Positions 40,382-48,093 of a stretch of DNA of 56,447 nucleotides are shown here, piece by piece. The notes below the pieces were generated by a model. It was not told where the DNA came from and ran no database searches. It saw only the letters and a program-made list of their open reading frames with translations. Origin of the DNA: an uncultured virus (IMG/VR IMGVR_UViG_3300032092_000008) (taxonomy: Duplodnaviria > Heunggongvirae > Uroviricota > Caudoviricetes); the IMG/VR virus record IMGVR_UViG_3300032092_000008; one strand, given 5' to 3'. Both the position numbers and the translations under genes were made by a program. How positions within the stretch are numbered: the stretch's first letter is position 1; each line of letters begins with the position of its first letter.

Positions 40382-41436
40382 AATAACTCCTTTTCTTTAG
40401 TATATATATTTAACTCCGGCATATATTGATAATTTAACAATGCTAACTCCTTAGCCTTAGCCTCTACCATAATGTCTAAGTTATGTCCGTAAGTATTGAT
40501 AGGCAACTTGATATAGTCAGAATGGGCCTGCTCTTTGATCTTATCAAACTCTCGTTTCATCTTGGCGAAGGTTGGAAAAGCTGCTAAATCTTCTAATGTC
40601 ATATTATTGTTCTTGCACATGGTCTCCATCATGAGTTGATACTCTTCGCGGCGAGACTCGCTCCAATGGCAAGCTTGACGAATATGACTAGGCCATGTAG
40701 TAGCAGCTAACTCTAACGCCTCTTGCTCGGATAAACCGCTAGTATGAAACTTATGATGATAATAATCAAAGGTAATAGGAATTTGAACGTTACGATAAAT
40801 AAGATTGTATAACATCTCCACACTATACAAACTAGCTTTGTCATCATTCTCAAGTACTAACCGAGCCTTAAGATTATCAGACAAACGATCATAATTTTTA
40901 AGCCAACGATAAGCAGTAGTCTCAGGATCGTTATATGCCGCACCAATATGAATATTGATCTTGTTCTCAAACGAAGGCTCGAAGCCCATAAGATCAAATA
41001 ACTCGGAATGACGCTCAAGACCAATAATACTACGCTCGACTACCTCGTCACGCGTACTACCTAAAATATGAAACGGACCAGGATGGGTAGTTAAGCGATG
41101 ACCATGAGCCTTGGCATAATCACCAGCGGCTTTGAGATGCGCTGATAACTGTTCGTATTGAGGCAATTGCTCGAGCTCAAAATGATCATGCCATGGAACT
41201 AACTCAGAACCGACTCGAAATAAACGAATGCCATGCTCTTCGTTCCACTTAAGATAAGTAAGCAAGTCTTTGGCATTCTCTACAGCGATAGCGCCAATCT
41301 TATGTAAGTCAAAAGTACCATGCCAAGAATCTTTACGTAAGGTGCGGCTAGTAGTAACACGACCACCTAATTTTTTTGGACGGCTAGTTAATGTCTGATT
41401 GACACAGGCATAACCAAGCCTAACTGTATTTGTCAT
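40378..41436 (-). CDS. uvsE: UV damage endonuclease (UVDE/UvsE)
   Basis: LGYAC, GIRLFRVGS, RLTTHPG, HIG, LENDD, FDYYHH, HWSE, AHSDYI, DIMVEAKAKE. Confidence 0.95.
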   Translation of the reverse strand: MTNTVRLGYACVNQTLTSRPKKLGGRVTTSRTLRKDSWHGTFDLHKIGAIAVENAKDLLTYLKWNEEHGIRLFRVGSELVPWHDHFELEQLPQYEQLSAHLKAAGDYAKAHGHRLTTHPGPFHILGSTRDEVVERSIIGLERHSELFDLMGFEPSFENKINIHIGAAYNDPETTAYRWLKNYDRLSDNLKARLVLENDDKASLYSVEMLYNLIYRNVQIPITFDYYHHKFHTSGLSEQEALELAATTWPSHIRQACHWSESRREEYQLMMETMCKNNNMTLEDLAAFPTFAKMKREFDKIKEQAHSDYIKLPINTYGHNLDIMVEAKAKELALLNYQYMPELNIYTKEKELL

Positions 41437-41454
41437 ATATTAAAATTTAGATCT

Positions 41455-41486
41455 TAAAGATAAGTAAGAACTTCTACAAAACCAAA
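41455..41486 (-). promoter_or_regulatory. Bacteroidota-type housekeeping promoter (uvsE)
   Basis: TTTG-N20-TATCTTTA, versus the consensus TTTG-N19-21-TAnnTTTG. Confidence 0.75.
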
Positions 41487-41492
41487 TCTTTT

Positions 41493-41696
41493 TTAAAAAA
41501 AGTTTTCTTCGCTAATAGAAAGTATTTCTGTCTCTGGTAATAATTCGCATGCATACATTACTCCTTCTTTACGAAGTAATATATCACATACTACCCACTG
41601 TTTAAACAGATCTTGATCAAAATCAGGCCGTAGTTTTGACTCTAATATCGTTCGTTTAACACGATATAAATTATCGTTAAATACTATTAAATTCAT
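41493..41696 (-). CDS. Hypothetical protein
   Basis: 67-aa ORF in the packed minus-strand array. Confidence 0.65.
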   Translation of the reverse strand: MNLIVFNDNLYRVKRTILESKLRPDFDQDLFKQWVVCDILLRKEGVMYACELLPETEILSISEENFF

Positions 41697-41755
41697 TACT
41701 TAAAAGGGGTGTTATTTGTTCGGATAATGGTAAAAATAAACAATTTTTGAGCCAT
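41696..41755 (-). CDS. Possible 19-aa micro-ORF
   Basis: MAQKLFIFTIIRTNNTPFK fills the gap; its TAA overlaps the next ATG (TAATG). Confidence 0.35.
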   Translation of the reverse strand: MAQKLFIFTIIRTNNTPFK

Positions 41756-41766
41756 TATACAAAATA

Positions 41767-42189
41767 TTAATTGTCACAAATACTATTATTATTACCTATT
41801 AATTCATAGGCTAGAAAGTATTTGAATAAGTCTTCTTGAGTTTTAGTTTTACGTATATCTGGTCGTCGTAACATCATATGTCCATTAGTCCACATGTTAC
41901 GTACAAATTTACGTATAATCCTAAGATTATCAGAATTAAGTATCATGATATTTCCAACTGACATCACATTAAGAATATATGGCCCGACATGTATAACCTG
42001 TAACTGAACTAATGCAATTCCTTTACCAGGCATACCGCTTTGCAAATCTTTTAATTGAGTTTGCATCGCCATGTCAATTCCAAATTCAAATGCATCAGCT
42101 AGAAACTGAATTTTCTGACTAGGGTCTAAAGCAATGAAAATATCAAATGCTTCTTCTTCTATGTTGAGGTCTTTTAGATTCATACTCAC
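41767..42189 (-). CDS. Hypothetical protein
   Basis: 140-aa ORF. Confidence 0.65.
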   Translation of the reverse strand: MSMNLKDLNIEEEAFDIFIALDPSQKIQFLADAFEFGIDMAMQTQLKDLQSGMPGKGIALVQLQVIHVGPYILNVMSVGNIMILNSDNLRIIRKFVRNMWTNGHMMLRRPDIRKTKTQEDLFKYFLAYELIGNNNSICDN

Positions 42190-42349
42190 GCACCATTTGA
42201 GTTGCTAAATGTGTGTAATCAACACCTTCTCGAGCTAACTCGGAGTTACGACTACTTAGATATTGTTTCAATCTAATTAATCGTAACTCATTGTCTTGCT
42301 CTTCTAAAAGTCTACGTATTTCCATTTTTTCCGATTGGTTAAATTCCAT
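42143..42349 (-). CDS. Hypothetical protein
   Basis: 68 aa; ATATTTAT motif and AAGGA upstream. Confidence 0.6.
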   Translation of the reverse strand: MEFNQSEKMEIRRLLEEQDNELRLIRLKQYLSSRNSELAREGVDYTHLATQMVREYESKRPQHRRRSI

Positions 42350-42363
42350 ACAAATCCTTTTAT

Positions 42364-42371
42364 ATAAATAT
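42364..42371 (-). promoter_or_regulatory. Putative late promoter ATATTTAT
   Basis: About 15 nt upstream of ATG 42349. Confidence 0.7.
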
Positions 42372-42376
42372 CGTTA

Positions 42377-42649
42377 TTAAGATAGATGACCCATCAATCC
42401 TAAGCGATATCTCTTCATAATGGTTTCACGTGCATCACGAGCTGTTTGCTCAATAAGTTCCAATTCATCAATAGTAACTTCAAAGTTTCTATTACCAATA
42501 ATGAACTCACCTACTGGTGGTTTTGATGGGTCATTTGCAAATACTTTTGCAGATACTGCCTCATTAACTTCGAAATCAATTCCACCATAATATTGGCCGT
42601 AACGTTTTGTTTTGTTTTGATCCACTGCGAATCTGTTGTTAATACTCAT
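42377..42649 (-). CDS. Hypothetical protein
   Basis: 90-aa ORF. Confidence 0.7.
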   Translation of the reverse strand: MSINNRFAVDQNKTKRYGQYYGGIDFEVNEAVSAKVFANDPSKPPVGEFIIGNRNFEVTIDELELIEQTARDARETIMKRYRLGLMGHLS

Positions 42650-42660
42650 TGTTTTAAAAT

Positions 42661-43374
42661 TTAAGATTTATATATAATTAACGCAAATAGTTCATCTGAG
42701 AAGGTATGATCTAATGCGACGTTGCCAAATTCTTTTTGCATGTAATTTAACATTTCACCAGGATTAGTTGCTAGTAATCCATCATCTTTCTGTACAATAT
42801 CAGATGCTAGCATTACGATAACTCCTTTGTTAGCATGTTCATACATATGTTTAATTGTTGCTAATTTATATTCAGTATCATTCTTAGTAAGATCTGCATC
42901 ATAACGAAGATTTAGCGAATGAATATTCACGCACCAATCCGCTGTCAACAACGATGGAATTTTAAACCAATCAGTTTTTTGAATCTGATAATCGGGGTAT
43001 AACTCTGCCGCGGCATCAATCATAGCTTGATTTAATTCTAAACCAATATAATCAAGTTCAATGCCCTTTTCGCTTTCATAAACTGCCTTGAAGTCTCCTC
43101 TACCACAGCCATAGTCTAATACAGAATCTCCGTCAGCCATATAAGCAAATGCAGTACGATAAGTATTCCATTGATGTTCTCGATTACCATATCCGACAAT
43201 CTCTGACGAATGAAGTAAATAGCCATTATCAATTTCCTGTACAGCCTCTTGTATTTCCCGAGTCTCTTCTCTGTTTAGAACCAACTCTTGCATCTCTTCT
43301 AAGATTAGATCATCTGGTGATACTTTCTTTTTAAGATTAAGAAATTTATTTTTTATATTTTCAATCATATTCAT
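42661..43374 (-). CDS. Class I SAM-dependent methyltransferase
   Basis: SVLDYGCGRGD, YIGLEL...MI..A. Confidence 0.85.
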   Translation of the reverse strand: MNMIENIKNKFLNLKKKVSPDDLILEEMQELVLNREETREIQEAVQEIDNGYLLHSSEIVGYGNREHQWNTYRTAFAYMADGDSVLDYGCGRGDFKAVYESEKGIELDYIGLELNQAMIDAAAELYPDYQIQKTDWFKIPSLLTADWCVNIHSLNLRYDADLTKNDTEYKLATIKHMYEHANKGVIVMLASDIVQKDDGLLATNPGEMLNYMQKEFGNVALDHTFSDELFALIIYKS

Positions 43375-43640
43375 CTTTTTAAACGTTTATTAATACGCAT
43401 TACTTTATCTTCAATAACAGACATGTCCATTCGATCTGGGTGTGTTCTATTAAAGTTTTGAGTTACTCGACAGGCAACGGCTGCATGTTTCCATGCTGTT
43501 TCGGCATCATTTGCTTCTGGCATAAAGTAATCTTCTGCTAGAAATGTATCGCCGCTTACAACAATGTAATTACCATTATCATCAAATGTCAATCGAGCGT
43601 TTGGATATTGCTTAAGTACTTTCTTTTGTTCTTTTGTCAT
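43371..43640 (-). CDS. Hypothetical protein
   Basis: 89 aa; ATGA-coupled to the methyltransferase. Confidence 0.7.
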   Translation of the reverse strand: MTKEQKKVLKQYPNARLTFDDNGNYIVVSGDTFLAEDYFMPEANDAETAWKHAAVACRVTQNFNRTHPDRMDMSVIEDKVMRINKRLKR

Positions 43641-43646
43641 AGTAAA

Positions 43647-43994
43647 TTAATATGAACGAGGACCAATTGTTTTAAATACAAAATCATTATTCTTTTCAAA
43701 GTGACTTTCATGCAGTTCTATCTCTGGAGAATAATTTGCAACGGTATGACCTAATGAACGATCTACCCACATGTTATTATCACCCCCAGTACTAGTCCAA
43801 ATTTGAGTCAATTTAGAATTAATCCAGATGTCAACTTTACTATTATTTACTGGTACCATTAAATGGCAAGAACCTTTTTCAGAACGAATATCATAAGTTG
43901 ACGTACCCTTCTTGGTTCTTACATTTGTTACTAATGCGACTTGATTAGTTCCGCTGTAGTTGAATACTACTAAATCTCCTTGTTTATAACGCAT
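43647..43994 (-). CDS. Hypothetical protein with an SH3/KOW-like N-terminus
   Basis: YKQGDLVVF...VT.V...YDI. Confidence 0.6.
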   Translation of the reverse strand: MRYKQGDLVVFNYSGTNQVALVTNVRTKKGTSTYDIRSEKGSCHLMVPVNNSKVDIWINSKLTQIWTSTGGDNNMWVDRSLGHTVANYSPEIELHESHFEKNNDFVFKTIGPRSY

Positions 43995-44004
43995 CTCCTT
44001 TTGA

Positions 44005-44202
44005 TTATTTAATTACTTTACAAATTTTACTGGATGAAACTGACTTAACATCAAATTCAATACCGGTTCCTTCAAAGTCTTTAACAATCAATGCTTCCGC
44101 ATGCGTTACGGTCTCCGCTTGAACTAAATAAGTTTCGGTTGACCACTTTACTCCGCCCTTAGGGGAATCTACTGCAATTTTTACTTTACCAATGTAATAC
44201 AT
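44005..44202 (-). CDS. DUF4494-like protein (Bacteroidota-associated family)
   Basis: ETYLVQAETVTHAEA...FDVKSVSSSKI..V pattern. Confidence 0.75.
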   Translation of the reverse strand: MYYIGKVKIAVDSPKGGVKWSTETYLVQAETVTHAEALIVKDFEGTGIEFDVKSVSSSKICKVIK

Positions 44203-44226
44203 AACTAATTAATTTTAATTTATACT

Positions 44227-44258
44227 TAAATATAATAACTGATTTCTAAATATCCAAA
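44227..44258 (-). promoter_or_regulatory. Bacteroidota-type housekeeping promoter (DUF4494-like operon)
   Basis: TTTG-N20-TATATTTA. Confidence 0.75.
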
Positions 44259-44280
44259 TCTTTTTTAAGAAAAGTTTATT

Positions 44281-44670
44281 TTATTTTTGAGGTGGTATTG
44301 GTGTCGTACGGCGACCGCCTTTTGTACGAATATCTTCTAACTGGTCTGCTACTTCTTGTTCTGCCTTAATAAACTTGGTAATCATTCCATTATCACCAAA
44401 CAATTCCAATATTGCTTTGTAGTCATCATATGGAGTTTCTTTACCAACAGCTTCTTGTGCTGATTTAGTAGCGGTTGCTAAACGACGAGCAATTTCTCGA
44501 CGAAGTGATGAACGTGACATTGCACCATAACCAGTAATATGTACCTCAGGATCTACCGGATCAAACTCTTTTGCATTAAGCAAAGAACCATAACGACCTT
44601 CCTCGTTAATTGCATTTAATTCTTCAATAATCAATGCTCTTAATTTATTTTTAAAATCTTTATGTTCCAT
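44281..44670 (-). CDS. Putative internal head protein
   Basis: Leader KNKLRALIIEELNAINEEG; AAGGA upstream. Confidence 0.65.
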   Translation of the reverse strand: MEHKDFKNKLRALIIEELNAINEEGRYGSLLNAKEFDPVDPEVHITGYGAMSRSSLRREIARRLATATKSAQEAVGKETPYDDYKAILELFGDNGMITKFIKAEQEVADQLEDIRTKGGRRTTPIPPQK

Positions 44671-44703
44671 ATTTTCCTTTGATCCGGTAATCCTGATTTA
44701 CAA

Positions 44704-44886
44704 TTATTTTTTACATTCATTAACAGACTCTTTACGATAATCTGTTACTAATTTCTTAAGTTCGCCGATAGTTTTTCTAGCTCTTGTCGCAGCTGTTTTG
44801 TTACCCTTGTCAACGAATTTTGAATGGTTGTCTGCAAAATCATTCCATAATGTTTGCATTTGTTCGAATAGTTCTAAAGTTGTCAT
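44704..44886 (-). CDS. Histone H1-like (Hc1-family) small nucleoid protein
   Basis: KGNKTAATRARKTIGELKKLVTDYRKES. Confidence 0.85.
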   Translation of the reverse strand: MTTLELFEQMQTLWNDFADNHSKFVDKGNKTAATRARKTIGELKKLVTDYRKESVNECKK

Positions 44887-44909
44887 AACTCTCTCCTTTT
44901 TTGTTTTAT

Positions 44910-45149
44910 TTATAACTCGTATATATCATCGTCATCCATAAAGATATTATCATCGTCAACATCATAACGAACAATAAATGCTCCATGGAATTGTTTCTTT
45001 AAATGATCTTCAGTAACGCAGTCATCTGCTTGAAATATCAAATCACCATCTAAATAAACTTCTCCGATGTTAGTTTCATCATCGATAAAGAATTCTAGTT
45101 CTTCACCGAAAAACTCTTGGTTGTCTTGTATGTTTGTAATCTCTATCAT
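44910..45149 (-). CDS. Very acidic small protein
   Basis: 25 Asp/Glu versus 3 Lys/Arg in 79 aa. Confidence 0.7.
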   Translation of the reverse strand: MIEITNIQDNQEFFGEELEFFIDDETNIGEVYLDGDLIFQADDCVTEDHLKKQFHGAFIVRYDVDDDNIFMDDDDIYEL

Positions 45150-45154
45150 TTTAT

Positions 45155-45162
45155 ATAAATAT
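45155..45162 (-). promoter_or_regulatory. Putative late promoter ATATTTAT (near-leaderless)
   Basis: Only about 6 nt upstream of ATG 45149. Confidence 0.6.
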
Positions 45163-45176
45163 TAGGTTATACACAT

Positions 45177-45323
45177 TTATACGCGGCCTTGACCCTTATA
45201 AGCCTTCTTGTAACGCTTTGAGTGCTTTAATTTTGAGTGGCGGCATTTTGAGTGAATTCCTGGACGCTTTTTGCGCGGCTTCTTTATGAAGCTTGATGTG
45301 CTGCTGGTTTTGAGTTTGGCCAT
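45177..45323 (-). CDS. 48-aa highly basic protein ending YKGQGRV (absent from the ORF track)
   Basis: MAKLKTSSTSSFIKKPRKKRPGIHSKCRHSKLKHSKRYKKAYKGQGRV; AAGGA 6 nt upstream and a variant ATATTTAA motif. Confidence 0.8.
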   Translation of the reverse strand: MAKLKTSSTSSFIKKPRKKRPGIHSKCRHSKLKHSKRYKKAYKGQGRV

Positions 45324-45517
45324 TGTAATCCTTTTTTATGACTTTTATATTAAATATCTTTAAAGGAGTACTTGTCCATCCTAAGCGGCGATGAATTTCA
45401 CTGATATTACGTTTATCGGTAGGGCTAGGATAATCACAGTGCAATGTGTAAAATATCCAGCACTTACCATGAGTATTGCCAATATGTACATGGTATAAAT
45501 GACAGTACGGGAATGGG

Positions 45518-45898
45518 TTATTTTTTAACTTTTCCACGGGTAAATTTCTTTTGATTGTTAAATGATTTATCAAGTTCAGCGCGGAAATCATCACCTAAAA
45601 TATCAGCAAAACTGGTGATTTTTTTCTCTGGTACTACCTCGGAAATTACCGGTAAAATCACCAGTTTTGGTAGTGATTTTATGGTGTCTGTGGCTGGTAA
45701 TTTTTCTGAAATATACCATGGAGCTCGACGCTTTGCTTCGACACTTTTCCATTGACATCTTGGTAAATAAACATCATGATCTAACTGTACATCTACGCCT
45801 AATTCTTCACGTAAACGGGTGACAGTACCCTTGTAATAGGTACCAAACCAAAAGACGCGCACACGGTCTTTTTCTTTAAGCTTTACCTCTTTTTTCAT
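45518..45898 (-). CDS. Hypothetical protein with an SH3/Tudor-like N-terminus
   Basis: KDRVRVFWFGTYYKGTV; host-type promoter upstream. Confidence 0.65.
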   Translation of the reverse strand: MKKEVKLKEKDRVRVFWFGTYYKGTVTRLREELGVDVQLDHDVYLPRCQWKSVEAKRRAPWYISEKLPATDTIKSLPKLVILPVISEVVPEKKITSFADILGDDFRAELDKSFNNQKKFTRGKVKK

Positions 45899-45903
45899 AT
45901 GAT

Positions 45904-45935
45904 TAAATTTAAGGTAATACTCTTAAATATCCAAA
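45904..45935 (-). promoter_or_regulatory. Bacteroidota-type housekeeping promoter
   Basis: TTTG-N20-TAAATTTA. Confidence 0.7.
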
Positions 45936-46210
45936 TTTTTTACAATCTTTTTTTCTAATTTTCCGCGGCGACGTTGTTTCTCACGCCAATGCATTCTCAT
46001 GAATAAATGCGCATGTTTCTCTTGTTGAAAAGAGATTGGATCGCCCTTTCTTGTGGCGGTAATCCATTGTCTGAATAAACGTTTTTCAATGATCCAATGA
46101 CCACCTTTATAACTCATTCGTATGACTGACCGTGACGTAATCTCACTGTAAATATTAGCCATTATGGTAACACCAATAAGAACTAATATTACAGTGAAAA
46201 ATACGATCAT
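45923..46210 (-). CDS. Membrane-anchored basic protein
   Basis: N-terminal TM helix. Confidence 0.65.
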   Translation of the reverse strand: MIVFFTVILVLIGVTIMANIYSEITSRSVIRMSYKGGHWIIEKRLFRQWITATRKGDPISFQQEKHAHLFMRMHWREKQRRRGKLEKKIVKNLDI

Positions 46211-46211
46211 G

Positions 46212-46373
46212 TCAATCCTCTACCAATTCTTTGTAAGCATTTGAATATGCAAAACTCTTACGAACGCCTTGTGACATATATTGAGTTGCTCGGTCCATCA
46301 CTTCGTTATACATTCCTAACTGATGTGATTTCCAAAGTATTTCTTCAATTAATTCGTCGTTCGTAATGCTCAT
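46212..46373 (-). CDS. Small hypothetical protein (53 aa, absent from the ORF track)
   Basis: MSITNDELIEEILWKSHQLGMYNEVMDRATQYMSQGVRKSFAYSNAYKELVED fills the gap exactly. Confidence 0.75.
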   Translation of the reverse strand: MSITNDELIEEILWKSHQLGMYNEVMDRATQYMSQGVRKSFAYSNAYKELVED

Positions 46374-46376
46374 AAT

Positions 46377-46619
46377 TTATGAATTTTCGTTGTTATTATT
46401 TCTACCAGCAAATTTATCTAATGATGTTGCACCTATGCATACACAAACAATGACTTCAACAGCAGAAACTAGTTCTGACGATGGTTTGATTGATTCGTGA
46501 GAATAGGAGTTTGCTAACATGGTGATACATAAAAACATTGTACCTATAATAGCTAAAATACGTTTTGTTGACTGTTGTCCGGATTCGTCTTGTAATAAAG
46601 ATTTAAAAAATGCTTTCAT
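46377..46619 (-). CDS. Two-TM small membrane protein, holin-like
   Basis: LLQDESGQQSTKR, two TM helices and a polar tail. Confidence 0.55.
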   Translation of the reverse strand: MKAFFKSLLQDESGQQSTKRILAIIGTMFLCITMLANSYSHESIKPSSELVSAVEVIVCVCIGATSLDKFAGRNNNNENS

Positions 46620-46885
46620 TACTTTCCTTTGTTTAATTCATTCATTAAGAAATCAAACACCTGGTCCATATTTTCCTTGGCCACAGTGATATGATCTTCG
46701 GCCCAACTATGACCGTTTTGTAAAACCATTTCTATAACCTGTGGATCGATTTGTAATAGTATATCGATTTGTCTTCTCATCTGCTCAAGATTACTAAAGA
46801 ACATGTAGTTTTCAGTCTCAGTGTGGCCTTCATTTACCTTTGGTAACAGAGAAGATAGTTTTATGTTTTTAGTATGTTTTTGCAT
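46619..46885 (-). CDS. Putative internal head protein
   Basis: IKLSSLLPKVNEG leader; YMFFSNL..WAEDHI; ATATTTAT motif upstream. Confidence 0.7.
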   Translation of the reverse strand: MQKHTKNIKLSSLLPKVNEGHTETENYMFFSNLEQMRRQIDILLQIDPQVIEMVLQNGHSWAEDHITVAKENMDQVFDFLMNELNKGK

Positions 46886-46899
46886 GGAGTTCCTTTAAA

Positions 46900-46907
46900 A
46901 TAAATAT
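46900..46907 (-). promoter_or_regulatory. Putative late promoter ATATTTAT
   Basis: About 15 nt upstream of ATG 46885. Confidence 0.75.
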
Positions 46908-47554
46908 TACGGCTTATAGCTATTAGTATCTCGTACCAATTCAAAATAATCATTATCACTACCAGCATCAATTGTCATTTTAAATGGAAGCTTACTTAGA
47001 TTTTTTTGTAAGAATGCTTTATATAAACGACCTCGACGACTATCTAATTGAGGACCGGCTTCTATATCTGATTTAGGTACTATATACAATTTGTAAATCA
47101 CACATGTATATTCATTACCGCCAGAAACTTCTACCTTTAACCCTTCCACACGTTTAACGTAATCTTCGATACATTCCATTACCGTGGCCATTAAACGATA
47201 TTGTTCATTGAGATTAGTTTCTGGCATTTCATTACTAGCATCATTCACTGTACCAAATGATATATTTGCTTCAACTAATACATGATCAAGTGCTGTCCAC
47301 GGCGTTTCTGGAGCTCCGGGGTTTTTTAAACGCATTGTACGTTTAATAACTGTTAGAAATGATATGTTGTAAAGAACCTGTCCCTGTGCTAAATAAGTTA
47401 CTTTGAATTGTGTTTCATGATTACCACTACCAAATGGATACAGTGTTTTAGCATTAAGTTTAATCTTCTGATCAGCTTTATCTACGGCACGCCAACTAAA
47501 TGGTTTAGCGGTACCTTCACCAATCTCTTTTAATATTTCTGTCAGCTTTATCAT
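46907..47554 (-). CDS. Putative head-packaged protein (possibly a divergent GNAT-like fold)
   Basis: Leader MIKLTEILKEIGEG; ATV..I and SRRGRLY motifs; fold call is tentative. Confidence 0.55.
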   Translation of the reverse strand: MIKLTEILKEIGEGTAKPFSWRAVDKADQKIKLNAKTLYPFGSGNHETQFKVTYLAQGQVLYNISFLTVIKRTMRLKNPGAPETPWTALDHVLVEANISFGTVNDASNEMPETNLNEQYRLMATVMECIEDYVKRVEGLKVEVSGGNEYTCVIYKLYIVPKSDIEAGPQLDSRRGRLYKAFLQKNLSKLPFKMTIDAGSDNDYFELVRDTNSYKP

Positions 47555-48093
47555 ACTTTTGGAATACCTACTAATACTTTAGTTTTAACTGGACCACTGG
47601 TAAGTCGTCTATCGTAACTACCATCTGGGTTCATTGTAAGATCCTTGTTGATAACTTTACGAATTTCAACCTCATCCTTTATATGAGGAAGATTATATTT
47701 GGATGCCATATCTTTATCTATCTCAGCATAAAACCCTCGAGTCTTCATGAGATCAATTATTTTAGTTACAGCAGCTCTTTTAGCATCAGACCCACCATCT
47801 TGACCAATCGCAGTTATTTTTGTTCCAGCTGGAGTACGTTTACCTCCTACGGTAACATCTGGGTCTGCATCTGAGTCGACGTCGTTTGTTATCCAGTAAT
47901 TGAGATCAGAATTACGTATATCATTTCCAGACCGTAATTCATGATTACCACCTTTACCTGCATAGGCATTTATAATAAGATCGGCAATAATATCGGAATA
48001 GTCCTTTACGGCCGTCTGTGGAAGATTAATCCACTTATTCTTACCGAATTCATCAGCATATGCTTCTGAGATCAATGACTTTAGTTTTATCAT
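47551..48093 (-). CDS. Putative head-packaged protein
   Basis: Leader MIKLKSLISEA. Confidence 0.65.
   Translation of the reverse strand: MIKLKSLISEAYADEFGKNKWINLPQTAVKDYSDIIADLIINAYAGKGGNHELRSGNDIRNSDLNYWITNDVDSDADPDVTVGGKRTPAGTKITAIGQDGGSDAKRAAVTKIIDLMKTRGFYAEIDKDMASKYNLPHIKDEVEIRKVINKDLTMNPDGSYDRRLTSGPVKTKVLVGIPKV

Noticed and set aside
42661..43374. DNA methyltransferase call
   Set aside because: No DPPY/NPPY or PC catalytic motif; it looks like a small-molecule or protein class I methyltransferase
45196..45594. 132-aa minus-strand ORF from the track
   Set aside because: It overlaps the better-supported 48-aa basic gene by about 128 nt and the upstream gene by about 77 nt. A shorter product from a GTG near 45537 cannot be excluded
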